IMG/VR virus record: IMGVR_UViG_2526164634_000034
Coordinates: 1 to 38,867 of that record
DNA: 38,867 nt
From: a virus
Lineage: Duplodnaviria; Heunggongvirae; Uroviricota; Caudoviricetes
Strand: one strand, 5' to 3'
Shown: one piece after another, positions 20,801 to 29,221 of the stretch
Layout of the letters: every line of letters starts with the position of its first letter
How positions within the stretch are numbered: the stretch's first letter is position 1
Made by a program: the position numbers and the translations under genes
Notes under the pieces: model-generated
Databases searched by the model: none
Seen by the model: only the letters and a program-made list of their open reading frames with translations
What the model was told of the DNA's origin: nothing

Positions 20801-21424
20801 CTAACGTGTGACTGCATTCAAAATGTTGTCTGCGATTGACTCTTCCTTGTGGCATTGCACCACCAGAGCGTCATACAGCGGCTTAACAGTGCGTGACCAG
20901 GTGGGTTGGGTAAGGTTTGGGATTAGCATCGTTACAGCGCGATATGCGGCGCTTGCTGGCATCCTTGAATAGCCGACGCCTTTGCATCTTCCGCATTCTT
21001 TCTCAACAACTCTCCCCCACAGCTCTGTTTTTGATATATCAACCGCACGGCCTGTACCGTGGCAATCTCTACATCTTGCGCCCGGCGTCGCGGCACTACG
21101 GCAATAATCCGCATAAGCGAATGTTGCGAGCACTTGCAGTACCTTTGCCTTAGTATTTCCTTCAAGCTTTGCAATGCCACGGTATTTCCCCGATACCTTG
21201 TGTGCAAATTGCATCAGATAGTTGATAGCCTTTTGTTTGTCGTTCTGGCTGAGTTCATGCTTACCGCAGAATGCAGCCATTCCGAATCCAGCTTGTGATT
21301 GCGCCATCCCCATAGCAGCCATCACATCAGTACCTGAAAGAGAGTCAGAAGCCGTAGCCCGTGGTGAGTCGCTCATCATCGGGCTTTTTGGCGAATGAAA
21401 TTTAGCTACGCTTTCGAGTCTCAC
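20801..21424 (-). CDS. Q: Late antiterminator Q
   Basis: 207 aa, [31 protein letters not shown]...; near-identical to recalled lambda Q. Confidence 0.95.
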   Translation of the reverse strand: MRLESVAKFHSPKSPMMSDSPRATASDSLSGTDVMAAMGMAQSQAGFGMAAFCGKHELSQNDKQKAINYLMQFAHKVSGKYRGIAKLEGNTKAKVLQVLATFAYADYCRSAATPGARCRDCHGTGRAVDISKTELWGRVVEKECGRCKGVGYSRMPASAAYRAVTMLIPNLTQPTWSRTVKPLYDALVVQCHKEESIADNILNAVTR

Positions 21425-22086
21425 GCGCCTTCTCCCTGTACCTGAATCAATGTGAGGTTTCCGCAGAACACTGCGCCAGTATCGATATACATCTGGTTGG
21501 CAAATTTGAGTGGTTTCACTGCTGGCGTATGACCAAAGATGAACGTGTCCGCGCCTTTGATTTCTTTCACGATCCCGTCTTGTGAGTTGCTGATTCGTTC
21601 GCGGTTCCAGATTACCTGCTGATGATCAACTGGCTTTCCAAACTCGTATTTATCACAAGGATAATCGGCGTGGCAAATGACATATTTTTTATCTTTGCTC
21701 ACCAGTTCGATGATTAACGGAAGTTCTTCTGCTTTATGGGCAAGAACTTTAGCCAGAGTCTCTTTGTCGTAATCGAGATTAAAGAACCAGCCACCGCCAT
21801 TAAGCAGCCAGTGATTAACGTTTCCACGCTCTGATAAGCCATCAATCATCATTTGCTCATGGTTTCCACGCACAGCTCTGAACCAGGGGAATGTGATTAA
21901 TTCCAGACATTCGACGTTCTCTGTACCGCGATCAACCAAATCGCCAACCGAGATGAGCAGGTCTTTTTTGGTGTCGAATCCAATCGTATCCAGTTTGTTC
22001 ATCAGGTTCGTGTAGCATCCGTGCAGGTCGCCAGCTACCCAAATATTTCGGTATTTGCTGCCATCAATTCTTTCGTAGATATTCAT
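21421..22086 (-). CDS. Ser/Thr protein phosphatase (lambda orf221, NinI)
   Basis: 221 aa with metallophosphatase motifs GDLHG, GDLVDRG, GNHE. Confidence 0.9.
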   Translation of the reverse strand: MNIYERIDGSKYRNIWVAGDLHGCYTNLMNKLDTIGFDTKKDLLISVGDLVDRGTENVECLELITFPWFRAVRGNHEQMMIDGLSERGNVNHWLLNGGGWFFNLDYDKETLAKVLAHKAEELPLIIELVSKDKKYVICHADYPCDKYEFGKPVDHQQVIWNRERISNSQDGIVKEIKGADTFIFGHTPAVKPLKFANQMYIDTGAVFCGNLTLIQVQGEGA

Positions 22087-22697
22087 GCAGCCTCACTTCT
22101 GCTGTTTCGCAGGTCTTTGAGTTTCTGTTGGTACTCTGCCTTGATCGCCTTGCACTCTTCGACAGTCCAGCGATGGCGGTTATGGTTTGATTCGATTTCG
22201 TCTACTGCTTCCTGCCTGATGCGGCTAATCAGTTCGACGCGATACGGAACGAGATTTCCGCTTTTGTGCTGGTTGCACACCACGCATTGCTTGTGAATAT
22301 TGCGTTCATCAAATCGGAGTTGAGGTGCCGCAGCAGTTGTCCGGTAATGTCCGGCATCCCACTGAGCAGACGTGAGCGTTCCGCACGAGATACATGGTAA
22401 GTCGCGGTCTCTTTCTCTGATGAAGGCGTTTACGGCTTGTTGGGCTTGTTTAATCCAGTAACTGCGGGGCTTTAAGGCGAGTTTTCGAATCTTAAGTTTA
22501 TCTTTCTGTTTCTGCTCCTCTCGTCGTCGTTTCTTCTCTGCTGCTTTTTCCGCTTTTTCGCGTTCTTTACTTCGTCGTTCGAGTGCTATCTTGGTTCCAC
22601 ACTCTGGAGAGCACCACCACTGATTAGCGAATGCAGGGTGAAACCATTCCCGACATTCATCGTTTTTACATCGTCTTCGCGCTGGTTTAGCCATCAT
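22083..22697 (-). CDS. ninG: NinG (Rap) recombination-associated protein
   Basis: 204 aa, Cys-rich N-terminus; matches recalled lambda NinG. Confidence 0.85.
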   Translation of the reverse strand: MMAKPARRRCKNDECREWFHPAFANQWWCSPECGTKIALERRSKEREKAEKAAEKKRRREEQKQKDKLKIRKLALKPRSYWIKQAQQAVNAFIRERDRDLPCISCGTLTSAQWDAGHYRTTAAAPQLRFDERNIHKQCVVCNQHKSGNLVPYRVELISRIRQEAVDEIESNHNRHRWTVEECKAIKAEYQQKLKDLRNSRSEAA

Positions 22698-22899
22698 CTT
22701 CTTCCTCGTGCATCGAGCTATTCGAATCGCTCATCAGCTCTGCACAGCAGTGCTCACACACGTGAACTTCCAGCACATGCAGCTTCTGACCGCAATTAGC
22801 GCACGTTAAAGCCCGCTCGACGCTTTCTTGTTCGTAACTTCGATTTGGGTCAATCACCTTGTATTCCTCGCACGATGTCTTAGCCACCGGATATCCCAC
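22687..22899 (-). CDS. ninF: NinF
   Basis: Contains [43 protein letters not shown]..., matching recalled lambda NinF; the exact start is uncertain. Confidence 0.75.
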   Translation of the reverse strand: MGYPVAKTSCEEYKVIDPNRSYEQESVERALTCANCGQKLHVLEVHVCEHCCAELMSDSNSSMHEEEDDG

Positions 22900-23036
22900 A
22901 GGTGAGCCGTGTAGTTGAAGGTTTTTACGTCAGATTCTTTTGGGATTGGCTTGCGTTTATTTCTGGAGCGTTTCGTTGGAAGGTATTTGCAGTTTTCGCA
23001 GATGATGTCGGTGAAACTTCGTCGTTGTCGCCTCAT
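22854..23036 (-). CDS. ninE: NinE
   Basis: Internal start [51 protein letters not shown]... matches recalled lambda NinE (60 aa). Confidence 0.8.
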   Translation of the reverse strand: MRRQRRSFTDIICENCKYLPTKRSRNKRKPIPKESDVKTFNYTAHLWDIRWLRHRARNTR

Positions 23037-23587
23037 GTCGCCCTCCTGACGCCCTGCCCGATCGCCATCAATGCCGCTTTGGATACAGTAGTAAACATTC
23101 GTCGAGGACTGATGAACGGTCGCCAAATCAGCAGCATGGAGCCTTTGCTGTTTCCCTTCTTCTCCAGCCCTGTCGATGGTTCGATAAAATTAATCCGTCC
23201 ATCAGTGATAATGCGAACTTCGTCGACACTCTCCAGAGCCTTGCTGAACCATCCGACTGACATATCCTCTGGCACAAGCATCACTACCGTCTGTCGCTGT
23301 TGTATGCACTGCTCAGCGGCTTTTTCCACCCACGGCCTGATATTGCTGTACGGTGGGTTATTCCAGATTGCACCGTGGCTTATCCACTCAGAATTTAGCG
23401 CGTCGTCGGCCTCAGTTAGCCAGTGAGCGCACAGAGCATTTTTGTCGCTCGCAGCTGAATCCAGCCAGAATCCAAACTCAATATCCAGTGCATCAAAAAG
23501 CCAAAGCGGCGTTTGCCAGCAGTCCTTGTCGTGTGATGGCGTATTTGATTTGATAGTCATGCAGCTCTCCCTTTTCGTTGTGACCAT
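23033..23587 (-). CDS. Phage Dam-like DNA N6-adenine methyltransferase
   Basis: 184-aa ORF with the NPPY catalytic motif ([10 protein letters not shown]), in the nin region where orphan phage methyltransferases occur. Confidence 0.7.
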   Translation of the reverse strand: MVTTKRESCMTIKSNTPSHDKDCWQTPLWLFDALDIEFGFWLDSAASDKNALCAHWLTEADDALNSEWISHGAIWNNPPYSNIRPWVEKAAEQCIQQRQTVVMLVPEDMSVGWFSKALESVDEVRIITDGRINFIEPSTGLEKKGNSKGSMLLIWRPFISPRRMFTTVSKAALMAIGQGVRRAT

Positions 23588-24003
23588 TCATACTCTCGCC
23601 AGGAGTCATCACTCCACCGCACGTTGCGCTCTGAGCCGAACCAGAACATGATTTCGATAAGCTCAGTCATGCTGGCCTTCCGCATTTTGCTGGTACGCAC
23701 GCCAAGCATGACAACGCCACCGTCGATACCAGGCACACTTCGTTGCTCCAGTTTTTTGGTCTTAAGCCACAGGGCAGTGAACAGGTCTTTCCAGTCTTCC
23801 GGCGCCAGCCGTTGACCATGCCATAGCACCTGACGCGAAACATCGTTCAGCATCGGCCACATACGGTCATTCTGCGCTTTGCTGCGCTTGGGTTCTTTAA
23901 CGTGGACTTCGTGGGGTGACTTGTCGTCGATGGGTAGTGAGAGAATGGCGTCTATGGCGTTATTTCTGATTGCTTCGTTGCGAAGCAGAAAGGTTTGCTT
24001 CAT
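23557..24003 (-). CDS. ninB: NinB recombination protein
   Basis: Start set to the internal MKQTFLLRNEAIRNNAIDAILSLP...; ...NDVSRQVLWHG...VRWSDD resembles recalled lambda NinB (146 aa). Confidence 0.8.
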   Translation of the reverse strand: MKQTFLLRNEAIRNNAIDAILSLPIDDKSPHEVHVKEPKRSKAQNDRMWPMLNDVSRQVLWHGQRLAPEDWKDLFTALWLKTKKLEQRSVPGIDGGVVMLGVRTSKMRKASMTELIEIMFWFGSERNVRWSDDSWREYEWSQRKGRAA

Positions 24004-24196
24004 CTCCTGCTCTCCGGTTCCATTTTTCAGCCGCCGCAGCAACTGATGGTGCCCATGCCCCCCTGGCTTCACAGAGGTCACATTCTGCATAGCCCCACAC
24101 ATCAATATTTATTCCGGCCTCAACCCACAGACGAGCATTACCGCCGCAAAACGGACATTCTTTTAGCTTTGGCTGGGTTAATGATAGGTCGCTCAT
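23960..24196 (-). CDS. Lar-like restriction alleviation protein (putative)
   Basis: 78 aa from an internal ATG with AAGGAG 6 nt upstream; KECPFCGG ... C..C Cys pattern typical of Lar-family proteins; overlaps the NinB start by 44 nt. Confidence 0.4.
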   Translation of the reverse strand: MSDLSLTQPKLKECPFCGGNARLWVEAGINIDVWGYAECDLCEARGAWAPSVAAAAEKWNRRAGDEANLSASQRSNQK

Positions 24197-24206
24197 GCTC
24201 ACTCCT

Positions 24207-24422
24207 TCACTTAAAATCCAGACTCCGGATAATTCTGTTGCGCTGAAACTCATTGTTGAGTTTGAACAACCGTCGAAGAACACGGTCACGCGGATAGCGT
24301 CGTGCGGCAGGTGAATGCTCATACAACTCATCAAGCGGCAAACTGGACGATGAACGATACCGATACCAACGCACCAACTCTTCACGAAAATTAGCCCTGA
24401 CAAGCTCAGCTATCGTACTCAT
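24207..24422 (-). CDS. Hypothetical 71-aa protein
   Basis: ORF with GGAGG upstream, in the position lambda uses for ren; no similarity to Ren seen. Confidence 0.45.
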   Translation of the reverse strand: MSTIAELVRANFREELVRWYRYRSSSSLPLDELYEHSPAARRYPRDRVLRRLFKLNNEFQRNRIIRSLDFK

Positions 24423-24448
24423 TTCTTAAAGCCTCCAATTACTCTTCC

Positions 24449-24511
24449 TCAAATAAAAAGGCCTGCGATTACCAGCAGGCCTGTTACAAGCTCAGTGATG
24501 TAGATGGTCAT
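24449..24511 (-). CDS. Tiny 20-aa hydrophobic peptide (MTIYITELVTGLLVIAGLFI), speculative
   Basis: ATG overlaps the helicase stop (TGATG) with AGGAGG about 7 nt upstream; not in the ORF track because of its size. Confidence 0.25.
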   Translation of the reverse strand: MTIYITELVTGLLVIAGLFI

Positions 24512-25947
24512 CAGAATCCTCCTTTCTTCTTGGACTGCGGTTCCTCACGTTCACGGCGGCGCATTTCAGCAGACTGTTGGTCTGTGTCATAAATAGCGCC
24601 ATTTGCCTGAATGCAATACACCGTGCCGGTATTGCCATGACGATTGAGACGAAGGATTAGTTCGGTTTCACCAGGTGGAACACTGTCATCAAAAGCACCT
24701 TCACGATGGATCCCCACCCAATAATCGCAATCCTGTTCAATCTGTCCTGTATCGCGCGAGTCACTTGGTAATGGGCGTTTATTGGTTCGGCTTTCCAATG
24801 CGCGGTTAAGCTGTGTCAGAAGCACAACAACGCAATCAAGCTCTTTGGCAAGGTTCTTCAGTCCTTTGGTGATCATGCCGTAAGCAAGGTCGTTGCGATC
24901 GGCCTTCTCAGCGGTCATTAGTGTCAGGTAATCGACCAGAATCATGCCAACACATCCTTTTTCTCGCTTGATTCGACGGCTTTCACTGACGATTTGAGCC
25001 AGAGATAATCCCGGCGTGTCGTCGATGTAAAGCAGGTCGATTTCACTCAAGCGATTTGCTGTTTCGATCGCCCTGTTGAAGTCACCATCGTAATCACCCT
25101 GATAGCCGTCATCAGCGTCATTTGTCGCTGGAAGGTAAAAAATATTTGGGTTAACACCTGACTTCTGCCCTACCAGTTTTTCCAGTATCTGGTCACCGGG
25201 CATTTCAAGGCTGAACATCAGAGCGGGCTTTTTCTCATGCACTGCGCAGTTGATTGCCATCTGGCTGTATAGCGTCGTTTTCCCCATCTTAGGGCGAGCG
25301 CCAATGACAAACAGAGAGCCTTTCACCAGACCTTTCGGTGACAGCATCCTGTCCAGCGATGGGATCCCTGTGCTCATTCCTCGTTGTTCGCCTGACGGGT
25401 CAAATCGCTTCTCAAGGTCGCTAACCCAGTCTTCCATGACCTCACCAAATGAACGAAGGCCGCGACGCGATCCGGTTTTTGCATGGTCTGTCAGTTGCGT
25501 GAAAATCGCCTGAATAGCTTCGTACTTCTGCGTTGCAGTCATTCCGTTGCGGGAATAGAGCAATTCCGTCGCTTCAGTCATGCGGTTGATGGCGTAGCGT
25601 TCCATTGCGGTTTCACGAACCTGCATTGCATAGGCAACGATGTTTGCTGCGCTTGGCGTGTTCTTTGCGATCTCAGAGATATAAGCAAAACCGCCAACAG
25701 ACGCCGTTAACGATTTACGCTCCAGTTCATCGAAAAGCGTCAGGCCATCTACTGGCTTTTGCTCCCGGTGCATTCTGGTTATTTCTTCGAAAAGGATTTT
25801 GTGTGGTCGGCTGTAAAATGAATCGGGCTTCAGCATCGCCAGAACTTTCTGGACGCGCTCACTGCTGTCATCATCCAGAAGCAATCCACCAATCACCGCC
25901 TGCTCTGCCTCGATGCTATGGGGCGGCGCATAAAAATTATCGGTCAT
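24511..25947 (-). CDS. Replicative DNA helicase (DnaB family, P22 gene 12-like)
   Basis: Walker A (GARPKMGKTT) and DnaB-like N-terminal domain; start set to the ATG (MTDNFYAPPHSIEAEQAVIGG) rather than the upstream GTG. Confidence 0.85.
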   Translation of the reverse strand: MTDNFYAPPHSIEAEQAVIGGLLLDDDSSERVQKVLAMLKPDSFYSRPHKILFEEITRMHREQKPVDGLTLFDELERKSLTASVGGFAYISEIAKNTPSAANIVAYAMQVRETAMERYAINRMTEATELLYSRNGMTATQKYEAIQAIFTQLTDHAKTGSRRGLRSFGEVMEDWVSDLEKRFDPSGEQRGMSTGIPSLDRMLSPKGLVKGSLFVIGARPKMGKTTLYSQMAINCAVHEKKPALMFSLEMPGDQILEKLVGQKSGVNPNIFYLPATNDADDGYQGDYDGDFNRAIETANRLSEIDLLYIDDTPGLSLAQIVSESRRIKREKGCVGMILVDYLTLMTAEKADRNDLAYGMITKGLKNLAKELDCVVVLLTQLNRALESRTNKRPLPSDSRDTGQIEQDCDYWVGIHREGAFDDSVPPGETELILRLNRHGNTGTVYCIQANGAIYDTDQQSAEMRRREREEPQSKKKGGF

Positions 25948-26827
25948 CGTGTTCACCCTCACGAACTTTCAGGTAGGTATTATCGTTAAGCAGGAAATCA
26001 AATCCCTTTTTGTGCCAGACGGTTCCGCGCTGATGGTTTGGGCGCTCTTCGAACATCCATCGGCAATTTTCGCCTACGTAGCTCAAATAATTTCTCCAGT
26101 CCTGCATCGTGAAACCATGCCCGTCAAGCTGTCGGGTTATCACTCCGGCTTTGCGCCAGAACGTTCGGATCTGGTTTTTACGCTTGTCATTCAGTGCGCG
26201 GATTCTTGGCGCTTCAGGAAGGATTTCGTGGTAAGCATCGACAACATCCTGACAGCTAACGGAAGGTTTTTTCTTGTCAGACTTTTTGTCTGCTGTGGCA
26301 CTCTCTAATACGTCAGTATTAGAGATATTATTTATATTATTGTTTATGGACAACCGTTGGACAACCGTTGGACAATCTCCGCTGAGAGCCGCGCCATTAC
26401 TGGTGTTTGCGTTGGACAACCGTTGGACAACCGTTGGACAATTTTTTGCCTGAAAATCGTCATATTTAACGATTGTAAACAGGCTAAATTTCTTCCCCAT
26501 CGAGCAAATATTAAGCATACCTTTCGACTCAAAAGTCCGTAATAAGCTCCGAACTTTGTTGTCTGGGATGAATGTTTCTCTGACCAGCGACGGGCGTCCA
26601 GTTATCATCTGACCGCGATCAACAGTTATCGGACCGATATCCGTATTGACGACAGTAGATTCGTGATTAGCCTTGAGGATTAAGTGAAGCCAAAGATGTA
26701 CTGCCTGAGAGTCCTTATAGAGCCTGCTGTCCATAAACTGGCGGTGTATAGAGACATACCCCATACTGGATGCCTCCTGATGTTGTACAGGGTTATGCCT
26801 GTAATCAGCTAACTTAACGACGCCCAT
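25937..26827 (-). CDS. Replication initiator (lambda O / P22 gene 18-like) containing the origin
   Basis: 296 aa; its central region (CPTVVQRLS repeated) is encoded by the iterons; lies immediately upstream of the helicase gene. Confidence 0.8.
   Translation of the reverse strand: MGVVKLADYRHNPVQHQEASSMGYVSIHRQFMDSRLYKDSQAVHLWLHLILKANHESTVVNTDIGPITVDRGQMITGRPSLVRETFIPDNKVRSLLRTFESKGMLNICSMGKKFSLFTIVKYDDFQAKNCPTVVQRLSNANTSNGAALSGDCPTVVQRLSINNNINNISNTDVLESATADKKSDKKKPSVSCQDVVDAYHEILPEAPRIRALNDKRKNQIRTFWRKAGVITRQLDGHGFTMQDWRNYLSYVGENCRWMFEERPNHQRGTVWHKKGFDFLLNDNTYLKVREGEHDDR
26346..26443. repeat. Origin-of-replication iterons with adjacent AT-rich region
   Basis: Two clusters of three 11-bp direct repeats (GGACAACCGTT x2 + GGACAATCTCC at 26348..26380; GTTGGACAACC x2 + GTTGGACAATT at 26411..26443) next to the AT-rich stretch 26310..26345. 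Confidence 0.75.
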
Positions 26828-26975
26828 GCTTCACTCCTGCTTTGGCTAGTCTGTAAACACCAACAAGGCGCTCTGCGAACGCCATGTTATTTGCTGCGGC
26901 TACCACTAATCCCTCAGGTGAATCAGGGTGTCGAATCTCTTCTTTTTCCTGGTATTTCTTACGACGTTTTGTCAT
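26814..26975 (-). CDS. Small basic hypothetical protein (53 aa)
   Basis: ATG at 26975 with AGGAG 5 nt upstream; stop overlaps the initiator start; not in the ORF track (<60 aa). Confidence 0.3.
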   Translation of the reverse strand: MTKRRKKYQEKEEIRHPDSPEGLVVAAANNMAFAERLVGVYRLAKAGVKHGRR

Positions 26976-27009
26976 AATGACTCCTGTGGATTGATCCAGT
27001 CTTTCTACA

Positions 27010-27291
27010 TCAGGCCTCGAAGAATTCGCCGTTCTTCGGGGCTTTTTCTTTTGTCAGGTAATTGGCAAGCCGCTTAGTCAGCTCAGCCATTTCATCGTCT
27101 TCGATTCCGTATTCCAGAACAGCCAGCATCATGCTTACCTGCGAGAAGAAACCATTCTTCCATCGGCTTACCTGATATTCAGGAACCCCCATTGCTCGAG
27201 CGAATGTCTTCTGCCCCATCAGTGCCAGTTTGTTCAGCAAGGCTGACTCGATGCGAGCCGCTTTCTTGCTTTTAGTTGCAATAGTACCCAT
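27010..27291 (-). CDS. cII: CII-like transcriptional activator
   Basis: 93 aa; ...ARIESALLNKLALMG...VSRWK...SMMLAVLEYGIEDDEMAELTK resembles recalled lambda CII. Confidence 0.8.
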   Translation of the reverse strand: MGTIATKSKKAARIESALLNKLALMGQKTFARAMGVPEYQVSRWKNGFFSQVSMMLAVLEYGIEDDEMAELTKRLANYLTKEKAPKNGEFFEA

Positions 27292-27367
27292 AGATAATTT
27301 CCTTAATTATTAGATAGAGTTGGCTTCGCAAAGAAACGCAAAACCATAGAGATTTGTTTCTGGTAAT

Positions 27368-27399
27368 GCCCTTTTTCAGGGCGGGGATGTGTAAGAGCG
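27368..27399 (-). promoter_or_regulatory. nutR (boxA + boxB)
   Basis: Minus strand reads CGCTCTTAC (boxA) then GCCCTGAAAAAGGGC (boxB), matching recalled lambda nutR, between cro and cII. Confidence 0.8.
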
Positions 27400-27407
27400 T
27401 TAATAAC

Positions 27408-27638
27408 TTAAGCGGCCATTAATTCAGGCCAGATGCTTTCCCAATCAACCGGATGAAGGTCTTTGCGAGTCACTTCACCATTGCTGAACTTCTCAATCAG
27501 AACACAAAGTGCTGCGCCCAATTCATGATTACGGCTAAGTGCTTTCCTCAAATAGCCGATAGAAGTTCCGCACTTGGTGGCAAATTCTCTCTGCTCTTCC
27601 AGTGAAAGGGAGTTCAGATACAAGCGGAGTTCTTCCAT
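27408..27638 (-). CDS. cro: Cro-like repressor
   Basis: 76-aa ORF divergent from cI across the operator region; not lambda-type Cro. Confidence 0.7.
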   Translation of the reverse strand: MEELRLYLNSLSLEEQREFATKCGTSIGYLRKALSRNHELGAALCVLIEKFSNGEVTRKDLHPVDWESIWPELMAA

Positions 27639-27672
27639 TTGCTATCTCCTTCCCGTTGTTGAATAAGATGAG

Positions 27673-27728
27673 TTTACCTGTAGGTAAAAAGCAAATCAAT
27701 ACCCATAGGTTATTTACCGGCAGGTAAT
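27673..27728. promoter_or_regulatory. OR operator region (pR/pRM)
   Basis: Three related 16-17-bp near-palindromes: TTTACCTGTAGGTAAAA (27673..27689), AATACCCATAGGTTATT (27698..27714), TTTACCGGCAGGTAAT (27713..27728), between divergent cro and cI. Confidence 0.7.
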
Positions 27729-27746
27729 CAAAGATAGAATTAAATC

Positions 27747-28433
27747 ATGGATAAATACGAACAAAGACGACTAAGGCTGATAGAGATAAGAGACCGATTC
27801 TGTAATGGAAAGGCCTCAGAGTTGGCTCGTCGAATAGAAAGGGAACCATCATACGTTTCCAGAATGCTGTATCCGGAAGGAAAAAGCGGAAAAAAACGCA
27901 TTGCTGACGATATGATGGAGCTAATTGAAAAATCTTTTAATCTCCCACGCGGATGGATGGACATGCTTGCAGATGGTAAAGCTGGAGCTACGGACCATCT
28001 TGAGTTTGCGGGTAACGTTCGTGCGGGTTTTGTTCCGGTAATTGGTGAAGCCGTTTTGGGAGTTGATGGCTCAGTGGATATGATTGAATTCAGATCCGGT
28101 TGGTTAAGCATCTACAGCGGCGATAAAGATGCTTACGGTCTGAAGGTTAAGGGTGACAGCATGTGGCCAAGGATTCAGTCAGGAGAATATGTTGTTATTG
28201 AACCAAATACGCCAGTACATCCAGGTGATGAAGTCTTTGTAAGGACCAAAGACGGTCACAACATGATAAAGATCATGAACAAAACAAGAGACGGTGATTA
28301 TCAGTTTAGTAGCATAAACAGTGATCACCGCCCAATCACTCTTCCTGTTGAAGAAGTTGATAAAATGCATTTTGTTTCAGCTATTGTGAAACACACCAGG
28401 TACGTAGACCAGGACGATCTGCCAAAAGTTTGA
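27747..28433 (+). CDS. cI: CI repressor (HTH plus LexA-like S24 autoprotease domain)
   Basis: 228 aa; C-terminal domain with catalytic Ser (GDSMWP) and downstream Lys; divergent from cro. Confidence 0.9.
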   Translation: MDKYEQRRLRLIEIRDRFCNGKASELARRIEREPSYVSRMLYPEGKSGKKRIADDMMELIEKSFNLPRGWMDMLADGKAGATDHLEFAGNVRAGFVPVIGEAVLGVDGSVDMIEFRSGWLSIYSGDKDAYGLKVKGDSMWPRIQSGEYVVIEPNTPVHPGDEVFVRTKDGHNMIKIMNKTRDGDYQFSSINSDHRPITLPVEEVDKMHFVSAIVKHTRYVDQDDLPKV

Positions 28434-28447
28434 GGATAAAGCAGCAA

Positions 28448-28744
28448 ATGTTTATACCCGGCATAGTAGTCGCTGTTGTAATCATCTGCTTCATATGGGC
28501 AAAGTTATCTCCTGTAAGCTCTAAGCATACAGCTGAACTCATGAGGAAGAAGCATCTTATACATGAGGCAGAATCGATAATTAAAAAGTTCAAAGGCATG
28601 TCATACGACGACATGTCATCAGAGCAGATTGCTATGTATAAATGCGCCATTGAGCGCCTTGACTACTTAAACGGACTCAAACCCAAACACACCCCAGTAG
28701 AATCAAAATTGCCGCAATGGCCAAGCAATCCAAATAGCTTCTGA
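28448..28744 (+). CDS. Small single-pass membrane protein at the rex position (candidate exclusion factor)
   Basis: 98 aa from ATG 28448 (GAGGA upstream; the track ORF begins at TTG 28430); N-terminal transmembrane helix FIPGIVVAVVIICFIWAKL; co-oriented with cI and followed by a terminator. Confidence 0.5.
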   Translation: MFIPGIVVAVVIICFIWAKLSPVSSKHTAELMRKKHLIHEAESIIKKFKGMSYDDMSSEQIAMYKCAIERLDYLNGLKPKHTPVESKLPQWPSNPNSF

Positions 28745-28755
28745 CATCTCCTTTC

Positions 28756-28778
28756 AGCCCGCAAAGCGGGCTTTTTTA
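28756..28778 (+). terminator. Rho-independent terminator ending the cI operon
   Basis: AGCCCGC-AAA-GCGGGCT followed by TTTTTTAT. Confidence 0.7.
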
Positions 28779-28797
28779 TATCAATCCAAAAAATTAA

Positions 28798-28881
28798 TTA
28801 CCTGAAAATTCAAGCAGGTAAACTCTTACATCAATTTTATTTACCTACAGGTATAGACAGCTGTTTTACCTGCAGGTATAT
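28798..28881. promoter_or_regulatory. OL operator region / pL
   Basis: Repeats of the OR-type motif: TTTACCTACAGGTATAG (28838..28856) and TTTTACCTGCAGGTATAT (28864..28881), plus a spaced variant TTACCTGAAAATTCAAGCAGGTAA (28798..28821). Confidence 0.65.
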
Positions 28882-28922
28882 TTTAGGCCATCAGCAGGAC
28901 GCACTAACCACCATGAAGGTGA

Positions 28923-28953
28923 TGCTCTTAAAAATTAAGCCCTGAAGAAGGGC
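28923..28953 (+). promoter_or_regulatory. nutL (boxA + boxB)
   Basis: TGCTCTTAA...GCCCTGAAGAAGGGC; matches recalled lambda nutL with one boxA substitution (T for C). Confidence 0.85.
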
Positions 28954-29221
28954 AGCATTCAAAGCAGAAGGCTTTGGGGTGTGGTGAAGCCAGCTAGTCA
29001 CTGGCAAGTGCTTACCTACTGTTGAGCGGTGAAGCGCTCCCAACGCTAGCAATAGCGTGGACGAGATGGGGAGCCGCGGGCGATAAGGCCGCCATAACGC
29101 GCACGTTGTCGCATGGAAAAATCGCTGGGGTGCCGGTTATACCCATCCGAATGAGACTCAACAAGCTGGAGCTAGACTACCAGCCACCACACCACCAAAG
29201 CTAACTGACAGGAGAATCCAG

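Noticed and set aside
22902-23426. 174-aa plus-strand ORF across the NinE / Dam region
   Set aside because: Antisense to a compact run of overlapping minus-strand nin genes; no start context.
26346-26443. Short direct repeats that could be mistaken for a CRISPR array
   Set aside because: Units are only 11 bp, arranged as two triplets inside a coding sequence, with no uniform spacers and no cas genes; they fit replication-origin iterons.
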